The notes under the pieces are model-generated. The model saw only the letters and a list, made by a program, of their open reading frames with translations, did no database searches and was not told the origin of the DNA. The position numbers and the translations under genes were made by a program. A stretch of DNA of 55,462 nt from a virus (taxonomy: Duplodnaviria > Heunggongvirae > Uroviricota > Caudoviricetes): IMG/VR virus record IMGVR_UViG_3300035182_000695, positions 90,755 to 146,216 of that record; one strand, written 5' to 3'. This document shows positions 54,208-55,462 of this stretch, piece by piece; positions within the stretch are counted from its first letter, which is position 1; every line of letters begins with the position of its first letter.

Positions 54208-55068
54208 CTATTTTATTCCTAAAAGTTTATTTATTTCTTTTTTCGTGTACCCTAGTTTCACTAAATCAGATACCATTTGAATTGTTTCTTTTTTCGCTTT
54301 AATTTCTTCTTGTATCGTTTTCTGTTTTTGTTTCTCTATTTCTATTAATTCCTTTGCGCTATACTTTACGTCTTTTTTTATTTCTGCTCCTTTTGTGTTA
54401 GAAGTAGCCTTTAATTTTTTTTTCTTTTTTCGTGTTTTTATGTTAAAAGAATATTCTTCTTTTGTTATAGCTTTAGGCGGAATACTTCCTGATACGTCTT
54501 TAGCATATTCTCCATCGATATAAAGAACCCAATCAATATAGTAGTCGTTTGGGTCATTAGATTCATACTTTACTTTACCTTTTTTTACTTGTCTAATAAA
54601 CCCACTAAATTGCGGATGCTCACTTGATGGTTTCTCAAAATAATCTTTTCTTATTTCTTCAACTATGTCTCTAACTCCTGAGCTTCCGTAGTCGTAATCT
54701 TTAGTATTAAAATTAACCGTTCCGTATTCGGCAGCACTAATAACAATATTTATTCCTTTTGGCATATCGTTTGTTATTATACCATCAATCATGTAATATG
54801 CTCTTGGTAATAATTGAGTAAACGATACGTTTAATGGATTGCTATAAAAATCAACGACTTCCTTTGTTAGAAATAAATCAAGGTCTTTTGAATCCCAAGA
54901 CGTGCCGTAGCTATGTAATAAAAAACTTTTAGTTAAGTCGTTCAACTCAACTCCGTTGTATTTTCCGCCTTGTTTTTTATTTTCCTTTGAGATGTAGCTA
55001 CGAGCGTCGTTCCACGCCTTTAAAGCCGAATTCAGCTTTCGCTTTTTATTGGTTTTTTTAACAGCCAC
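54208..55068 (-). CDS. Basic hypothetical protein
   Basis: 286 aa, GTG start, Lys-rich termini. Confidence 0.6.
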   Translation of the reverse strand: MAVKKTNKKRKLNSALKAWNDARSYISKENKKQGGKYNGVELNDLTKSFLLHSYGTSWDSKDLDLFLTKEVVDFYSNPLNVSFTQLLPRAYYMIDGIITNDMPKGINIVISAAEYGTVNFNTKDYDYGSSGVRDIVEEIRKDYFEKPSSEHPQFSGFIRQVKKGKVKYESNDPNDYYIDWVLYIDGEYAKDVSGSIPPKAITKEEYSFNIKTRKKKKKLKATSNTKGAEIKKDVKYSAKELIEIEKQKQKTIQEEIKAKKETIQMVSDLVKLGYTKKEINKLLGIK

Positions 55069-55266
55069 AACCTACTTCTCAATAAATTATTGAAGAATAT
55101 CGCTCAAGATACCAAAACCAAATAAAAAACTACTGCTAATGAAAAAGTAGATTGATTTTCGGATGCGGGTGTTAAAATATTTTTTAGTGTTATAATTTAT
55201 AAAAAGGTCTTTTTTCATTTTATTCGATTTTTTTCGGTTAATATAATTTTTAATCTTGAGCTGTTA

Positions 55267-55274
55267 CAAAATTA
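55267..55274 (-). promoter_or_regulatory. Bacteroidota -7 promoter box TAATTTTG
   Basis: caaaatta in the non-coding right end. Confidence 0.45.
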
Positions 55275-55462
55275 AACTATTTTTCAAAGCGAAGTCAAAA
55301 CACCGAGGTATTTAGTTATTCACACGACTTGTTAATAAAAAGTTAAAATTGTTAAAAGTCTTGGAATTGTCGGTTTTTTTAATTAGACGTGCTTCTTACT
55401 AACGCTCTACTAACTAAGTAAGATAAATAAAATAAATAAATAAGATAAATAAATAATTTATT

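Noticed and set aside
1-55462. Eukaryotic giant virus (NCLDV) origin, suggested by the A32-like ATPase and Gly-based motifs
   Set aside because: Bacterial-type DnaB, XRE regulator, lipobox protein, overlapping operons, intrinsic terminators and Bacteroidota promoters
1-55462. CRISPR array, integrase/transposase, rRNA, or stop-codon recoding
   Set aside because: No repeat-spacer periodicity, no recombinase or transposase motifs, and ORFs tile densely under the standard code

Overview
AT-rich, gene-dense viral DNA, almost entirely on the minus strand (only two real plus-strand genes, 18360-19175). Recurrent TAnnTTTG promoter boxes, A-rich translation starts and a SusC-type carboxypeptidase-regulatory-like domain point to a Bacteroidota host. 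The window looks like part of a large tailless, probably internal-membrane dsDNA virus (Varidnaviria-like), not a tailed phage. It encodes an A32/P9-type FtsK-HerA packaging ATPase, a beta-rich candidate single-jelly-roll capsid protein plus two divergent paralogs, and a block of about 11 membrane-anchored proteins. No terminase, portal, HK97 capsid or tail gene is recognisable here. Two recurring short peptide motifs suggest proteolytic maturation or sorting: S-x-[AFY]-[DE]-G in the structural proteins, and [YF]-x-x-G-[GA] separating domains in large cargo-like polyproteins (Strawberry-notch helicase, beta-clamp-like protein). A SprT-like HExxH protease lies among the cargo genes. Other genes: Tad1-like anti-defence protein, tRNA-Gln, two glycosyltransferase-like proteins, Rieske-domain protein, ThyA, DnaB, RusA-like and RecE-like nucleases, a PLP enzyme/methyltransferase cluster, a DenV-like glycosylase and a minimal PolB-like palm protein. 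All family assignments come from motifs read by eye; no database search was run.
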